This document shows positions 6,519-16,099 of a DNA stretch of 29,333 bases, piece by piece. Each line of letters opens with the position of its first letter. Position 1 is the stretch's first letter. Below the pieces are notes generated by a model. That model saw only the letters and a list, made by a program, of their open reading frames with translations. It was not told the DNA's origin and did not search any database. The position numbers and the translations under genes were made by a program. The stretch is from Armatimonadia bacterium (GTDB lineage Bacteria; Armatimonadota; Zipacnadia; Zipacnadales; UBA11051): the NCBI GenBank assembly GCA_039683575.1, contig JBDKRC010000182.1, positions 1 to 29,333 of the forward strand, read 5' to 3'.

Positions 6519-8708
6519 TCAGTTCGCCAGTTCGGCCACTTCGCACCGCGCAATGATCTCGTCCTGCAGCGGACGCCCGAGGTGCGTGAAGTCGGCGCTA
6601 TAGCCCGCCACGCGGACCATCAGCCCTGCGTGGTCTTCCGGGTGCTCCTGGGCCGCGAGCAAGGTCTCGCGGTCCAACACGTTTATCTGCAATTGGCTGC
6701 CGCCGAGGCTGACGAAGGTACGGATCAGGGAGATTACCTTGGCGCGGCTCTCCGCGTCGGCGAAGTCCGCGGGGAGCAGCCTGAGAGTCGAGACATTTCC
6801 GGCGATCAGCCGCGAATGGTCGAGGCGGCACAGGGAGCGGATGACGCCCGTCGGACCAGCCGTGGTGACGCCCTGTGATCCGGCGAGGGAGTCGGCGAGC
6901 GTCTCGCCCGCCCGGCGGCCGTCGAGTGTCGGCCCCATGATCTGCCCGTAGCACAGGTGCATGTTCTCTCCGCCTGCCAAATGCCCCAGTACGAGCGCCT
7001 CCCGCAGCGGCGTGCTGCGCTGCTCCAGCAGGCGCGACATCAGGTCAACCAGCCTCCCGGCGATCTCGTCCACGCTTTCATGGCCCGTTCCGAAGCGCGG
7101 CAGCTTGCGCAGGTGGCAAATGAGCGCGTCGTCTCCCGCGTCAAGGCCTTCGAGCAGGCCCGGCAGCGATTCCTGCCCCTCAAAGACGAGTTGGCGGGCG
7201 GCGTAAAGCATGTCCGCGGAGTTCGGTAGTCCGATGGCTTCCCAGTGCCCGAAATAGCTATCAGCCCCGCCATGGACGAGGTCGCGGCAACTGTCGAGGC
7301 AACAGGGCATGAAGAGACAGGCGTTATACGCCGGATCAACCCTCGCCTCATCCACGTAGGTGTTGCACACCCGGCAGGTCTCCGCCAGTTCCTCCGCCCG
7401 CCTCTCGATGATCTGCCACAGTAGCTCTTCAGTCGGCTCAGGAGCCTGCGCCAGCTCACGGATGGCATCGTCAATGAGCAGCGCCAGATTGATCCACCCG
7501 TTCGGCGCGCCCCAGTTGCCTTTCCCTGGCAAAACCACCTCTGTACACCCGCTCAAGGCATAGTCGCGCGCTCCCTCGAGCGGCACCCCTATTCGCGTCA
7601 GGCCCTCGAGAATCGGCTTATCTCCATAGAAGTTGGGCTCCGACAAACCCTCCCCCAGCATCTCGACCGCCAGTTCCAGCACGTCTTGCGGCGTCCCCTC
7701 ATGCAGGCGCACATAGATCGTGGGCCGCAGCAGCCGCACCGACCGGATCGCTTGCAGGAACAGGCGCGTGAGGTCATTTGTGGCGTCGGAACCGTCGGGA
7801 AGCACGCCACCGAGGGTCAGCGTGTGGATTGAGCTGACGTTGTAAACGCCCTCTGCATAGTCGCCGTGGAGCTTGATGAGTAGACACTCGATCAGCTCCT
7901 GCGCCTGCTCGGGGGTGATGCGTCCCGCCTGCAGGTCCGCCTGATAGAAGTCCCAGAGGTACACGTCGGGCCGCCCAACGCCATCCCCAGCGACCATGTA
8001 GGCGAACCAGAGGCTCTGCAGGGCTTCATGGAAAGTCTCGGCGGGGTGGGCGGGGACTTTGCGGCAGATCTCGGCCAGAGACCGCAACTCCTCCGCACGC
8101 CCAGGGTCAGCCGTCTCGGCCAGCCGGAGACACTCGGTCGCATAGCCATGGGCGAAGCGGATGAGCGCCAGATGCCCCAGTTCCATGGCGAGGGCAAAGT
8201 CGCGCTCGTGGCCGCTGTGGGCCTCCGCTGCCTCCCGCGCCCGCTGTGCCCACTGTCGCGACCCGGTCCGGATGAACCCGGCGTAGTCTACGACCTTGTG
8301 GTTCAGTGACCCCTGCGGCGACAGCAGCCCCCGCTCGGCCTGCGCGCGGATATCCGCCCGGTCAGGCGGAGTGTTGGCGGCAAAGCCCGCCGCATAGTTG
8401 CGCTGGCCGTCGGGAAACCAGGCAATGATCTCGGCGGCCTCAGCATCACGGCGTTTCGCGCCGACAATCAGCTCGTCCTCGCGAATCAGCGGGGTCAGGC
8501 GCGGGAAGACTTCTGAGAAGGTCTCCGCGTTGGCGCGAACGGTGTCTGGGGCGGTGGACTGGTACTGCTGGCTCAGTTCGCGATACTCGGTGAAGGGGGT
8601 ATAGAGGCGCGCGAGGACCTCCGCAGCCAGGCGGGCGGTGCGAACCGTAGACCCGCGGGGCCTAGAGGGCGTTGGGACACACGCATTCAGGGACGGATCG
8701 GCAGACAT
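6519..8708 (-). CDS. Glycyl radical enzyme (pyruvate formate-lyase superfamily), substrate unknown
   Basis: C-terminal glycyl loop LMVRVAGYSADF; Cys loop YALSGCTE; PAETFHEALQSLWF; DGRRAGETLADS; GGSQLQINV. Start chosen at ATG 8708, which has a GAGGA RBS (729 aa). Confidence 0.9.
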   Translation of the reverse strand: MSADPSLNACVPTPSRPRGSTVRTARLAAEVLARLYTPFTEYRELSQQYQSTAPDTVRANAETFSEVFPRLTPLIREDELIVGAKRRDAEAAEIIAWFPDGQRNYAAGFAANTPPDRADIRAQAERGLLSPQGSLNHKVVDYAGFIRTGSRQWAQRAREAAEAHSGHERDFALAMELGHLALIRFAHGYATECLRLAETADPGRAEELRSLAEICRKVPAHPAETFHEALQSLWFAYMVAGDGVGRPDVYLWDFYQADLQAGRITPEQAQELIECLLIKLHGDYAEGVYNVSSIHTLTLGGVLPDGSDATNDLTRLFLQAIRSVRLLRPTIYVRLHEGTPQDVLELAVEMLGEGLSEPNFYGDKPILEGLTRIGVPLEGARDYALSGCTEVVLPGKGNWGAPNGWINLALLIDDAIRELAQAPEPTEELLWQIIERRAEELAETCRVCNTYVDEARVDPAYNACLFMPCCLDSCRDLVHGGADSYFGHWEAIGLPNSADMLYAARQLVFEGQESLPGLLEGLDAGDDALICHLRKLPRFGTGHESVDEIAGRLVDLMSRLLEQRSTPLREALVLGHLAGGENMHLCYGQIMGPTLDGRRAGETLADSLAGSQGVTTAGPTGVIRSLCRLDHSRLIAGNVSTLRLLPADFADAESRAKVISLIRTFVSLGGSQLQINVLDRETLLAAQEHPEDHAGLMVRVAGYSADFTHLGRPLQDEIIARCEVAELAN

Positions 8709-8722
8709 GTGAGATTTCCTCG

Positions 8723-9199
8723 TTACCGGAAACAGAACCCGCAGGCCTCGCCGCCCCCGCACAGGCTGTTTGCTGCCTCAAACTCGAACTCCCGCCCAAA
8801 CTCCCGCGCCCATCCCGCCCCCTCCTGGGTGCAGATGTGGCGCGCGATGTCCTCGGCGAGGTGCAGCCGCTCGGCCTTCACCAGCGCCTCGCGCCACGGG
8901 CATTTCGTGATCTTCATCTCTAGACGCTCCGGCTCCACGCGCACCTCAAACTCATGCCCCTCCGCTGTGAACTTCAGCCCCAGCCCCCGCGCCAGTTCCT
9001 CCAGGCTGTTGCCCGGTAGCCCCAGCACCTCCCGTGCCTTGCGCGCTTGCAGCTTGGACATTACCTTCCAGACCTCGGCGTCAAGCTCCAGCGCCGCCTC
9101 AAACCCTGACCGCTGCTCGCACATCACGAACCACAGCCCATCCACCGCCAGGTACGAGCGGCGCAGCATCGCGATGATCTCCTGTGGATCGTAGCTCAT
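8723..9199 (-). CDS. DUF6125-like small protein (V4R / ATC-hydrolase-like, Cys-containing)
   Basis: MSYDPQE...AVDGLWF...AALELDAEVW...ITKCPWREA...ICTQEG...LCGGGEACGFCF. ATG at 9199 overlaps the upstream TGA (ATGA coupling). The longer 297-aa ORF start is spurious. Confidence 0.7.
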   Translation of the reverse strand: MSYDPQEIIAMLRRSYLAVDGLWFVMCEQRSGFEAALELDAEVWKVMSKLQARKAREVLGLPGNSLEELARGLGLKFTAEGHEFEVRVEPERLEMKITKCPWREALVKAERLHLAEDIARHICTQEGAGWAREFGREFEFEAANSLCGGGEACGFCFR

Positions 9200-11517
9200 T
9201 TCCCCGCCCCCCGCTGGTTCGCTGCTTCCCACATTCCCTTCTGCTCCTCGCTGATAGCCGTCGTGCATTGCTCGAAGACGTTCCCACGGCTCAGGATCGG
9301 CGAAGGCTGGCCGAGACGGTCCAGATACAGGCCCAGGGCTACCGAGTTTGGCTGGTCGAAGCTGCTGAAGGTGTTGCCCTGCAGGTTGAACTGTCCGCGC
9401 ACCGCCACAGCCTCCTTCACCCCGGTCGCTTCGCCCCGCGCAATCGTGTTGTCGCTGAAGGAGGAGGTCACGCTGCCGTAGCTGTCCAGCACGACCGGAA
9501 TCGAGCATCCGGCGACGGTGTTGTGGTGCAGGTTCCAGTTGGCCCCGCTCGCCGGGTATAGCTCGAAAGTATCCCCGGCCTTCATCGCACGGGGCTCGCG
9601 CAGCTTGAACTGGCACGTCACCGGATCACAGCCCTCCAGCACCGACTGCCCCAAAGCCTTCCCTGAGGCCAACCAGACCAGGTTCCAGCCTCGGTAGTCA
9701 TTGCCGGGGGCGCGGCCGACCGGCACCCCGCTCCACCCTGGCAGCGTGAAAGTCCGGTCATCAATAACCTCATTGACCCTTGATTGCGCCCGCGCCGTCA
9801 CCACCCCCTGCCCGCAGTTACGGATCAGGTTGTCATGCACGTTCACATTCACCGCCGGCTCGGCCAGCTTGATCCCCGTCACTGTCGGCTCCGCCGCGCC
9901 GCGCACGTAGATCTGGTTGTTGCAGATAGTGGTGTCATTGGCGCTGGCGCTGATGCCCCACCGCGGAACGGGCGTCTCGCCCACGCACGTCAGGTCAATG
10001 ATGTTACCGCTGATGATGCTGTTGGCCGACGGGTAATGCCGGTCGTCGCACCGTCCGCTGACCTCGATCGCAGGCGCGTTGAAGTTCACAAAGATGTTGT
10101 CGCGGATGATGACCTGCGTGGAGCCATACGAACTCACGATCATCGTGTTGCCTGGCTTGCCGCCGTAGCGCGTGCCGCCCTCGAAGACGTTGTCGGCAAT
10201 GATGTGCTGCCCCGCGCCCAGCGTGGGGAAGGTGTCATCGTGGTTCGGCGGCCCGAGATTGCCCATGGCGACCGTGCCGGAGTTGCGCACGTAGTTGCCG
10301 ACAAAGTGCATGAACCGCGACGCGCCCTCCCACGCACACCCGCCCACGTCCACAATGCGGCAGTAGAGCACGCTTGTGTTCTCCGGGCCGCAGTTCCAGT
10401 CGTTGAAGCCGTTGCGCCCACAGTCGACCGCCGAACAGCGCAGGTACGTCGTGGACTTGGTGTTCGTGCGGGGCGGCTTGGCCCCACGAGTAGCGCCGCC
10501 GGACACGAAGGCCTCCTGCGACATCCGCCGCGCGTGGCAATTCTCGACCAGCACCCGCTCGGTATCGGCCAGTGCAGTCGCGCCCGAGGTCTTCATGTAG
10601 AAGCCCCACAGCCCCCGCCCGCCGAGAGTGTTCATGTACCCGGCCTGATCGGCATTCTCAAGCCCCATGTGGCCGACCATGGTGATATTGCGCAGCGTAC
10701 ACTCCGTCCCGCCTGACATCGAAATGCACACCCCGTTGCCCTCGCTGATGTCCAGCACCACGTCCTGCGGGTTCGCGCCCTGTATCGTCAACCCCATTGG
10801 CTTGCGTGCCACTACTCCCTTGGCGAGGCAATAGTGCCCCGGCGGTATGTACAGGTTGCGCTGCTGCTTGATCGCCTCGTCAATCGCGGTCTGCAGCGCC
10901 GCGTCATCGGAATGCCGCACCACCGCATCATCGGCAGAGCGATTGGGGGTGTCCTTGAGCGTCAACACGTTCCCCTCGATCTTCTCGATGCGGCTCATAA
11001 GCTGATCGCGGGCGCTGAAGACGACGGTATAGCCGTCCTGCCAGTCAAACTTGCCGAACTTGATCTCGGTCCCGCCGCTGAGCTTGTGCCACTGATCGTC
11101 TATAAGGCCCCCCTCATGCCATGTGCGCCCAAAATCGTCGCTGTAGCGGAACTTGGCCGGGGTCGTCTGAGGGCAGTCCACCATGTACACGAACCAGCTA
11201 CCGGCGGAGCCGTCGTAGCCACGGAACTCAAGCTCGCCCTTGAGCGCCCGGTTGGATTCGTAGATCTTCCGCGGTCCCCATAGCCTTGGGCTGCTGTACT
11301 GGATGTTGCAGCGCGAGATCATCACGCCCTGACCAACCTTGAAGTCGCCCACATCCTTGACCGTGACCCGGTTCGATCCGGCGGTCGTGACCGCGCCCGT
11401 GGTGAAGGTCGACCCTGAGGCCCCGTAGTCGGCGGCGCTGAGCCATCCCGGCGGCGTTTGGGCCACAGCGGCCCCGGCGAGCATTAGCAGCGCGACAGCG
11501 GCGATGATCCTGTTCAT
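9196..11517 (-). CDS. Secreted right-handed parallel beta-helix protein (pectin-lyase-like fold)
   Basis: Signal peptide MNRIIAAVALLMLAGAAVAQ; SAADYGASG; DDAALQTAIDEA...LYIPPGHY (Pectate_lyase_3-like); repeated IxxN-type coils (IIADNVF, IIRDNIF, IISGNII, VHDNLI). Confidence 0.8.
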   Translation of the reverse strand: MNRIIAAVALLMLAGAAVAQTPPGWLSAADYGASGSTFTTGAVTTAGSNRVTVKDVGDFKVGQGVMISRCNIQYSSPRLWGPRKIYESNRALKGELEFRGYDGSAGSWFVYMVDCPQTTPAKFRYSDDFGRTWHEGGLIDDQWHKLSGGTEIKFGKFDWQDGYTVVFSARDQLMSRIEKIEGNVLTLKDTPNRSADDAVVRHSDDAALQTAIDEAIKQQRNLYIPPGHYCLAKGVVARKPMGLTIQGANPQDVVLDISEGNGVCISMSGGTECTLRNITMVGHMGLENADQAGYMNTLGGRGLWGFYMKTSGATALADTERVLVENCHARRMSQEAFVSGGATRGAKPPRTNTKSTTYLRCSAVDCGRNGFNDWNCGPENTSVLYCRIVDVGGCAWEGASRFMHFVGNYVRNSGTVAMGNLGPPNHDDTFPTLGAGQHIIADNVFEGGTRYGGKPGNTMIVSSYGSTQVIIRDNIFVNFNAPAIEVSGRCDDRHYPSANSIISGNIIDLTCVGETPVPRWGISASANDTTICNNQIYVRGAAEPTVTGIKLAEPAVNVNVHDNLIRNCGQGVVTARAQSRVNEVIDDRTFTLPGWSGVPVGRAPGNDYRGWNLVWLASGKALGQSVLEGCDPVTCQFKLREPRAMKAGDTFELYPASGANWNLHHNTVAGCSIPVVLDSYGSVTSSFSDNTIARGEATGVKEAVAVRGQFNLQGNTFSSFDQPNSVALGLYLDRLGQPSPILSRGNVFEQCTTAISEEQKGMWEAANQRGAGK

Positions 11518-11592
11518 CACACCCACCCTGTTCAGCTTGATGTGCAGTAGTTCACTGCCACAACAACGCAGACCTGCCACGGAGGATTCCTT

Positions 11593-12510
11593 GTGCCCTG
11601 GTACGAAGGCTATGACATGACAGATCCCACCTCCAAAGAGATAGTACGCCACGCCTGGGAGCATGGCACCGCCATCCCCAGTTTCAATGTCCCCTACCTG
11701 CCCATGATGGAACCAATCATCCGCGCCCTGCGGGATGCCGGGGTCATGGGCCAGGTCTCAGTGGCACGCGTGGACTGGACGCGCTTTGAAGCCGACAGCC
11801 CCAAGGCCGTCGCCGAAGAGTACCAACGCCTCAAGGACCCCGCCTGCGTCAGGTTGCACCTGGACCACGTGCCCGTCATTGACGAGGACAACGAACTGGT
11901 GGACTATGACGAGATTCTGTCGGAGGCGCTGGAACTGGGGTATGATTCCGTGATGGTGGACGGCTCCCGGCTCCCCTTGGACGAGAACATTGAGGTCACC
12001 CGTCAGGTTGTCGCCATGGCTCGCCAGACCGGAGCCGCAGTGGAGGCGGAACTGGGGGCGGTGCTGGGCCATGAGGCCGGGCCGCTGCCGGACTATGAGG
12101 AGCTATTCACCTCCGGCAGGGGCTTCACCGACCCCGGCGAGGCGCGGCGGTTTGTGCAGGAAACGGGCGTAGACTGGCTCTCCGTGGCTGTGGGCAACAT
12201 TCACGGTGCGGTGAGCGGGGCGGCCAAGAGCCAGAAGAAGGTCGAGGCCCGGCTGAACCTCGAACACCTCGCCCGCCTGCGGGAGGCCGCGGGGGTGCCG
12301 CTCGTGCTGCATGGCGGATCGGGGATCAAGGACGAGTGCATCGTGGCAGGTATCAAGGCCGGCATAGCGAAGATAAACGTCGCCACGGCGATCCGCCAGC
12401 CCTACGAGCAGGGCCTGCAGCAGTCGGTGCAGGCCGGGCAGGAGCGGGTCTACGAGGCGGTTACAGAGGTACTCAAACACATGGTTCACCTTGAACCATT
12501 CCGTGCATGA
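11593..12510 (+). CDS. Class II fructose/tagatose-bisphosphate aldolase family protein
   Basis: Motifs LHLDH, SVMVDGS, VEAELG, GNIHG, LVLHGGSG, KINVAT. GGAGG RBS before GTG 11593. Confidence 0.92.
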   Translation: MPWYEGYDMTDPTSKEIVRHAWEHGTAIPSFNVPYLPMMEPIIRALRDAGVMGQVSVARVDWTRFEADSPKAVAEEYQRLKDPACVRLHLDHVPVIDEDNELVDYDEILSEALELGYDSVMVDGSRLPLDENIEVTRQVVAMARQTGAAVEAELGAVLGHEAGPLPDYEELFTSGRGFTDPGEARRFVQETGVDWLSVAVGNIHGAVSGAAKSQKKVEARLNLEHLARLREAAGVPLVLHGGSGIKDECIVAGIKAGIAKINVATAIRQPYEQGLQQSVQAGQERVYEAVTEVLKHMVHLEPFRA

Positions 12511-12527
12511 TCATGAGGAGGACTACA

Positions 12528-13934
12528 ATGTCAGTACAGAAGACAACTTTCGCGGTATTTTTCGGCAATCGCGCGTTTTTCCCCGGTTCGCTGATGGCCG
12601 CGGCGCGAGAGGAATTGCAGAAGGTCCTGACCGGGCTCGGCCATGAGGTTCTCATGCTCGACGCCGAGGCTACCAAGTTCGGCGCAGTGCAGAGCCCGCG
12701 CGAGGGCGAGGTTTACGCCAACTTCCTGCGCAAGAACCAGGGCAAGTTCGGCGGCGTCATCCTGAGCCTGCCCAACTTCGGCGACGAGACCGGCGCCATC
12801 GCCGCGCTCAAGGACTGCGGCGTGCCAATCCTCATCCAGGCGTACCCTGACGAACTCGACAAGATGGCCCCCGCGACCCGCCGGGACAGCTTCTGCGGCA
12901 AGTTCTCGATCATGGACGTGTTCTTTCAGTATGGCCTGAAGTTCACGATCCTCCCGCCGCACACCGTCTCCCCCTCGTCGCCCAGGTTCGCCGAGCAGAT
13001 TGACTTCTTCGACCGCGTCTGCCGCGTGTACAACGGCATGAAGGGCATGACCGTCGGAGCCATCGGCGCCCGCACCACCGCTTTCAAGACCGTCCGCATT
13101 GATGAACTGGCCTTGCAGCGGCACAACATCACGATGGAGACCCTGGACCTGTCCGACGTCTTCCTGCGCGTGAGCAAGGTCCGCACCAGCACCAACAAGT
13201 ACAAGGAGAAGGCCGAACGGTTGCAGGCGTACACCTCCTGGGAGGGCGTGCCGGAAGAGGTCTTCCCCAAGCTCGTCCGCCTCGGCGTGGCGCTCGATGA
13301 CATTGTGGAAGAGTACCAGATGGACGCCCTGGCCCTCCGCTGCTGGGAGGAACTGCAGCGGCAACTCGGCGTTTCGCCCTGCGTGCTCCTGAGCGAGATG
13401 AATGACCGCGGCGTGGTAACGGCCTGTGAGGTGGACATGGGCAACGCAGTGACGATGTTCGCCCTGCGCCAGGCCTCCGGCAACGTCGTGACGTGTCTCG
13501 ACTGGAACAACAACTATGCCGACGAGGATGACAAGTGCATCCTGTTCCACTGCGGGCCGGTGCCACAGGCCATGATGACCGCGCGTGGGCGGATCACCGA
13601 GCACATGATCCTGCGCAACACGCTGGGCGAGGGCTGCTCGTTCGGCTGCAACGTAGGCCGCATCAAGCCCGGCGAAGTGACCTTCGGCAGCATGCTGACC
13701 GAGGAGGGCAAGCTGAAGTACTACCTCGGCGAGGGCGCCTTCACGGACGACCCGATCCCGGCAGACTTCTTCGGCTGCGCGGGCGTGGTAGAGATCCCGA
13801 ACCTGCAGGACGCGCTAGTAAAGATAGGCTACGCCGGCCACCGCCACCACACGAGCGTAACGCCCGGCAAGGTAGCCGCGCCGGTGATTGAGGCGATGGA
13901 GAAGTATCTGGGGTATGAGGTTATGAAGGTGTAG
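12528..13934 (+). CDS. L-fucose/L-arabinose isomerase family protein
   Basis: LPNFGDE, RRDSFCGKFS, ALRCW, ACEVD, LDWNNNY, LFHCG, HRHH. RBS GAGGAGG before ATG 12528. Confidence 0.85.
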   Translation: MSVQKTTFAVFFGNRAFFPGSLMAAAREELQKVLTGLGHEVLMLDAEATKFGAVQSPREGEVYANFLRKNQGKFGGVILSLPNFGDETGAIAALKDCGVPILIQAYPDELDKMAPATRRDSFCGKFSIMDVFFQYGLKFTILPPHTVSPSSPRFAEQIDFFDRVCRVYNGMKGMTVGAIGARTTAFKTVRIDELALQRHNITMETLDLSDVFLRVSKVRTSTNKYKEKAERLQAYTSWEGVPEEVFPKLVRLGVALDDIVEEYQMDALALRCWEELQRQLGVSPCVLLSEMNDRGVVTACEVDMGNAVTMFALRQASGNVVTCLDWNNNYADEDDKCILFHCGPVPQAMMTARGRITEHMILRNTLGEGCSFGCNVGRIKPGEVTFGSMLTEEGKLKYYLGEGAFTDDPIPADFFGCAGVVEIPNLQDALVKIGYAGHRHHTSVTPGKVAAPVIEAMEKYLGYEVMKV

Positions 13935-13941
13935 GGGGGCG

Positions 13942-13962
13942 GGGAATCGGGAATCGGGAATC
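13942..13962. repeat. Heptamer tandem repeat (GGGAATC)x3
   Basis: Three exact copies directly after the isomerase stop codon. Confidence 0.85.
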
Positions 13963-13970
13963 GGGGACGA

Positions 13971-14057
13971 CAGGCCCGAAGGGCCGTCAGCAGCTAGCCG
14001 GGGCCGCGAGGCCCCGGTTTGAGGGCGCGGTGAGGTAGAGCCCCGAAGGGGCGATAG
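13971..14057 (-). repeat. Three-hairpin palindromic repeat, family A (diverged inverted copy A0)
   Basis: Reverse complement reads ctatcgccccttcggggctc...ccggggcctcgcggccccggctagctgctgacggcccttcgggcctg, matching the three hairpins of A1 and A3 with a different linker. Confidence 0.8.
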
Positions 14058-14075
14058 ATAGAGCAGGGGGAAGAT

Positions 14076-14762
14076 GTGAGGCCATCCATACGGGGCCGGA
14101 AATCGACAAATCGCCATTGGGTTTGGGTGGCTCCACTGGCCACGGCCAGCGTAGTCGCGGTCATGATCTGGTTGGCGCCAATGGTGCATCCCCAACGGGC
14201 CTTCCATTGGGAGCTACGGCTTCTGAAAGCTCGCATTGCGGTTGAGCCAGACGCAAACCGGAGAGCGGAGCTTCTGTGTGACGCCGCTATCTACCACTCG
14301 GTGATAGGACGGGCGGAGGAGTCTCAAGATGATCGCGATGAGGCCCCGCTGTTTGCGCGGCAGGCATCTGAGATTGCATCAGAGACGGAGACGCGCCTGA
14401 GGGCGGCACGAGCATGGGTTAGGTTTGAGGAACAGGCGCATGGCCCGGCCGCCGGACAGCGAGCGTTTGAGAGTGTGTTTCAGGAGTACCCCGAAGCCAG
14501 AGGCGATAGCGCGCTGAGAGCCCGGTACATGGCGACGCTCCTAAAGACCGGCAATGAGCGGCAGGTCTTGAGGATATTCGCCGACGAGTTCATGGGATCA
14601 GCCGCACGCATGGGCTCGGTCCACAGCGAGGACGCCGTGCGGGCCGCGGCGCAGGCGGCGCGGAGGCTGCATGGGGAGGCGGCGAGCAGGGCATTGCTTG
14701 GGGACGTGATCAAGCGGTGGCCGAAGAGTCGAGGCGCCAGCACGGCGAGGGAGTTGCTGTAG
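14076..14762 (+). CDS. Hypothetical membrane-anchored alpha-helical (TPR-like) protein
   Basis: N-terminal hydrophobic segment WVWVAPLATASVVAVMIWLAP; TPR-like FESVFQEYPEA and DVIKRWPKSRGASTARELL. Confidence 0.65.
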   Translation: MRPSIRGRKSTNRHWVWVAPLATASVVAVMIWLAPMVHPQRAFHWELRLLKARIAVEPDANRRAELLCDAAIYHSVIGRAEESQDDRDEAPLFARQASEIASETETRLRAARAWVRFEEQAHGPAAGQRAFESVFQEYPEARGDSALRARYMATLLKTGNERQVLRIFADEFMGSAARMGSVHSEDAVRAAAQAARRLHGEAASRALLGDVIKRWPKSRGASTARELL

Positions 14763-14767
14763 GGTTG

Positions 14768-14862
14768 CTGCCGCCCCTTCGGGGCTCAAGATGGTTGGGT
14801 GCGGGTGGTCCCGGGGCTTGCGCCCCGGGCTAGGGGCTGGTCGGCCCGTTGGGCCTGAGGGG
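14768..14862 (+). repeat. Family A repeat, copy A1 (95 bp)
   Basis: 93/95 identical to 16772-16866. Hairpins GCCCC-TTC-GGGGC, CCCGGGGC-TTGC-GCCCCGGG, GGCCC-GTT-GGGCC. Confidence 0.92.
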
Positions 14863-14919
14863 GAAGAAGGCGGGGCCTGATAAGGAAGACGAAGGCGAAG
14901 TTGACGAGAGGGACTATGC

Positions 14920-15642
14920 ATGGCAACCGGATCAGCAGGTCAAATTGGCCACGTCCGGCGCGTCCAATGGATTGCGATAGCTATCGCCATTGTGGCTGCG
15001 GTGTGTTTTGTGGTCACCGTTCTATTCGGGTGGGGCGTCATCCGTTTTCTGCCCGGCCACATCGCGTTGACTAAGTCGACGCACTACATGATGCGCATGA
15101 GTGGCTGCCAGGCACTTGGCGAGTATCGCAATCATCCGCAAGTTGATCACATCGCAGAGGTATTGGAGGGCTGCCTAGACGACGAAAGCGACGTGGTTAG
15201 GGTGTCCGCCGTTGGCTCGCTGGAGCAGTTAGACCATCGGTCAAGCACCGGCGTGCTGCTTGCACGCGTGGATGACAGCAGCCGTTTCGTGAGCATGCGG
15301 GTGCGGGAGACCCTGGCACGATGGCAGGTCCCGGAACTGCAGAAGCTACTGCTGGATCGCCTGAACGCCGCCAGCGCCAGCGACGATGATCTTGTGGATG
15401 CGGGAAGGCTCCTCGGGTACTATCACACACCGGAAGCGTTTCAGGCCCTGAAGCGTGTATTAGGCCACAAGGATGATCTGGTGGCCGGGTGTGCAATAAC
15501 CGGATTGTCGGAGTATGACACGCCGGAAGCGTGGCAGCTGATCGAGAAGTCGGCGAAGCGGGATGATCTGGTGGGGCAGAGCGCACGAAGAGCGATTGAG
15601 GAGCGCAACAGAGGCGGGGACGACAGCGCCGGTGGTCGGTGA
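14920..15642 (+). CDS. HEAT-repeat protein with N-terminal transmembrane helix
   Basis: TM segment WIAIAIAIVAAVCFVVTVLFGWG; HEAT-like units LDDESDVVRVSAVGSLEQL, VDDSSRFVSMRVRETLARW, LGHKDDLVAGCAITGLSEY. Confidence 0.75.
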   Translation: MATGSAGQIGHVRRVQWIAIAIAIVAAVCFVVTVLFGWGVIRFLPGHIALTKSTHYMMRMSGCQALGEYRNHPQVDHIAEVLEGCLDDESDVVRVSAVGSLEQLDHRSSTGVLLARVDDSSRFVSMRVRETLARWQVPELQKLLLDRLNAASASDDDLVDAGRLLGYYHTPEAFQALKRVLGHKDDLVAGCAITGLSEYDTPEAWQLIEKSAKRDDLVGQSARRAIEERNRGGDDSAGGR

Positions 15643-15644
15643 CT

Positions 15645-15680
15645 ATCGCGCTCTGGTGAGCGCTCCTACAGGCAGCCGGG
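15645..15680 (-). repeat. Family B repeat (GTAG-type REP), copy B1
   Basis: 36 bp identical to 17350-17385. Minus strand reads TGTAGGA-GCGCTC-ACCA-GAGCGC-GAT. Confidence 0.92.
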
Positions 15681-15740
15681 AGGGGAGATGAGGCCCTGAA
15701 CCTGTCAGGCAGACATGCATGGCTAGATGCAGTAATCCAA

Positions 15741-16094
15741 GTGTTGCCGGCGGCAGGCGTTGGTTTGGTGGTCTTTGCTGCGACGACTGCCCTATTCCGG
15801 GCTATGCTTCATCCTCCGATTCTTATCGCCGCCATGCTTGGAGTTTGCATATCCGCGGTGGTCGCTGGCAGTCTGTGCCCGCGGCGTGCTGTGACTGCCG
15901 GCGACCGCAATGCGCGAGCCTGGCTGGGGCAGTACGAGGTCGAATTGGCGGGCAAGGGAAACGCGGCGTTCTACCTCGACTTGCGCGACATCATGGATGG
16001 GCGGCAACTCCGCATGCCTCGCCTGCTCGGGGCCGTCAGGTTTGAGTCGGCAATAGACGAGGCTGATGCATCCGACACGATGGAAGCGGCCTGA
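15741..16094 (+). CDS. Hypothetical small membrane protein (2 TM)
   Basis: Two hydrophobic helices followed by a soluble tail; fills the space between repeats B1 and A2. The frame is open from 15660, so the true start may be further upstream. Confidence 0.5.
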   Translation: MLPAAGVGLVVFAATTALFRAMLHPPILIAAMLGVCISAVVAGSLCPRRAVTAGDRNARAWLGQYEVELAGKGNAAFYLDLRDIMDGRQLRMPRLLGAVRFESAIDEADASDTMEAA

Positions 16095-16099
16095 GACAG

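Noticed and set aside
6519-8708. Calling the GRE pflB, cutC or hypD
   Set aside because: It lacks the PFL CC pair, and class-specific residues cannot be verified by eye.
9200-9616. N-terminal half of the 297-aa ORF
   Set aside because: Alternative frame within the beta-helix gene; the credible protein starts at 9199.
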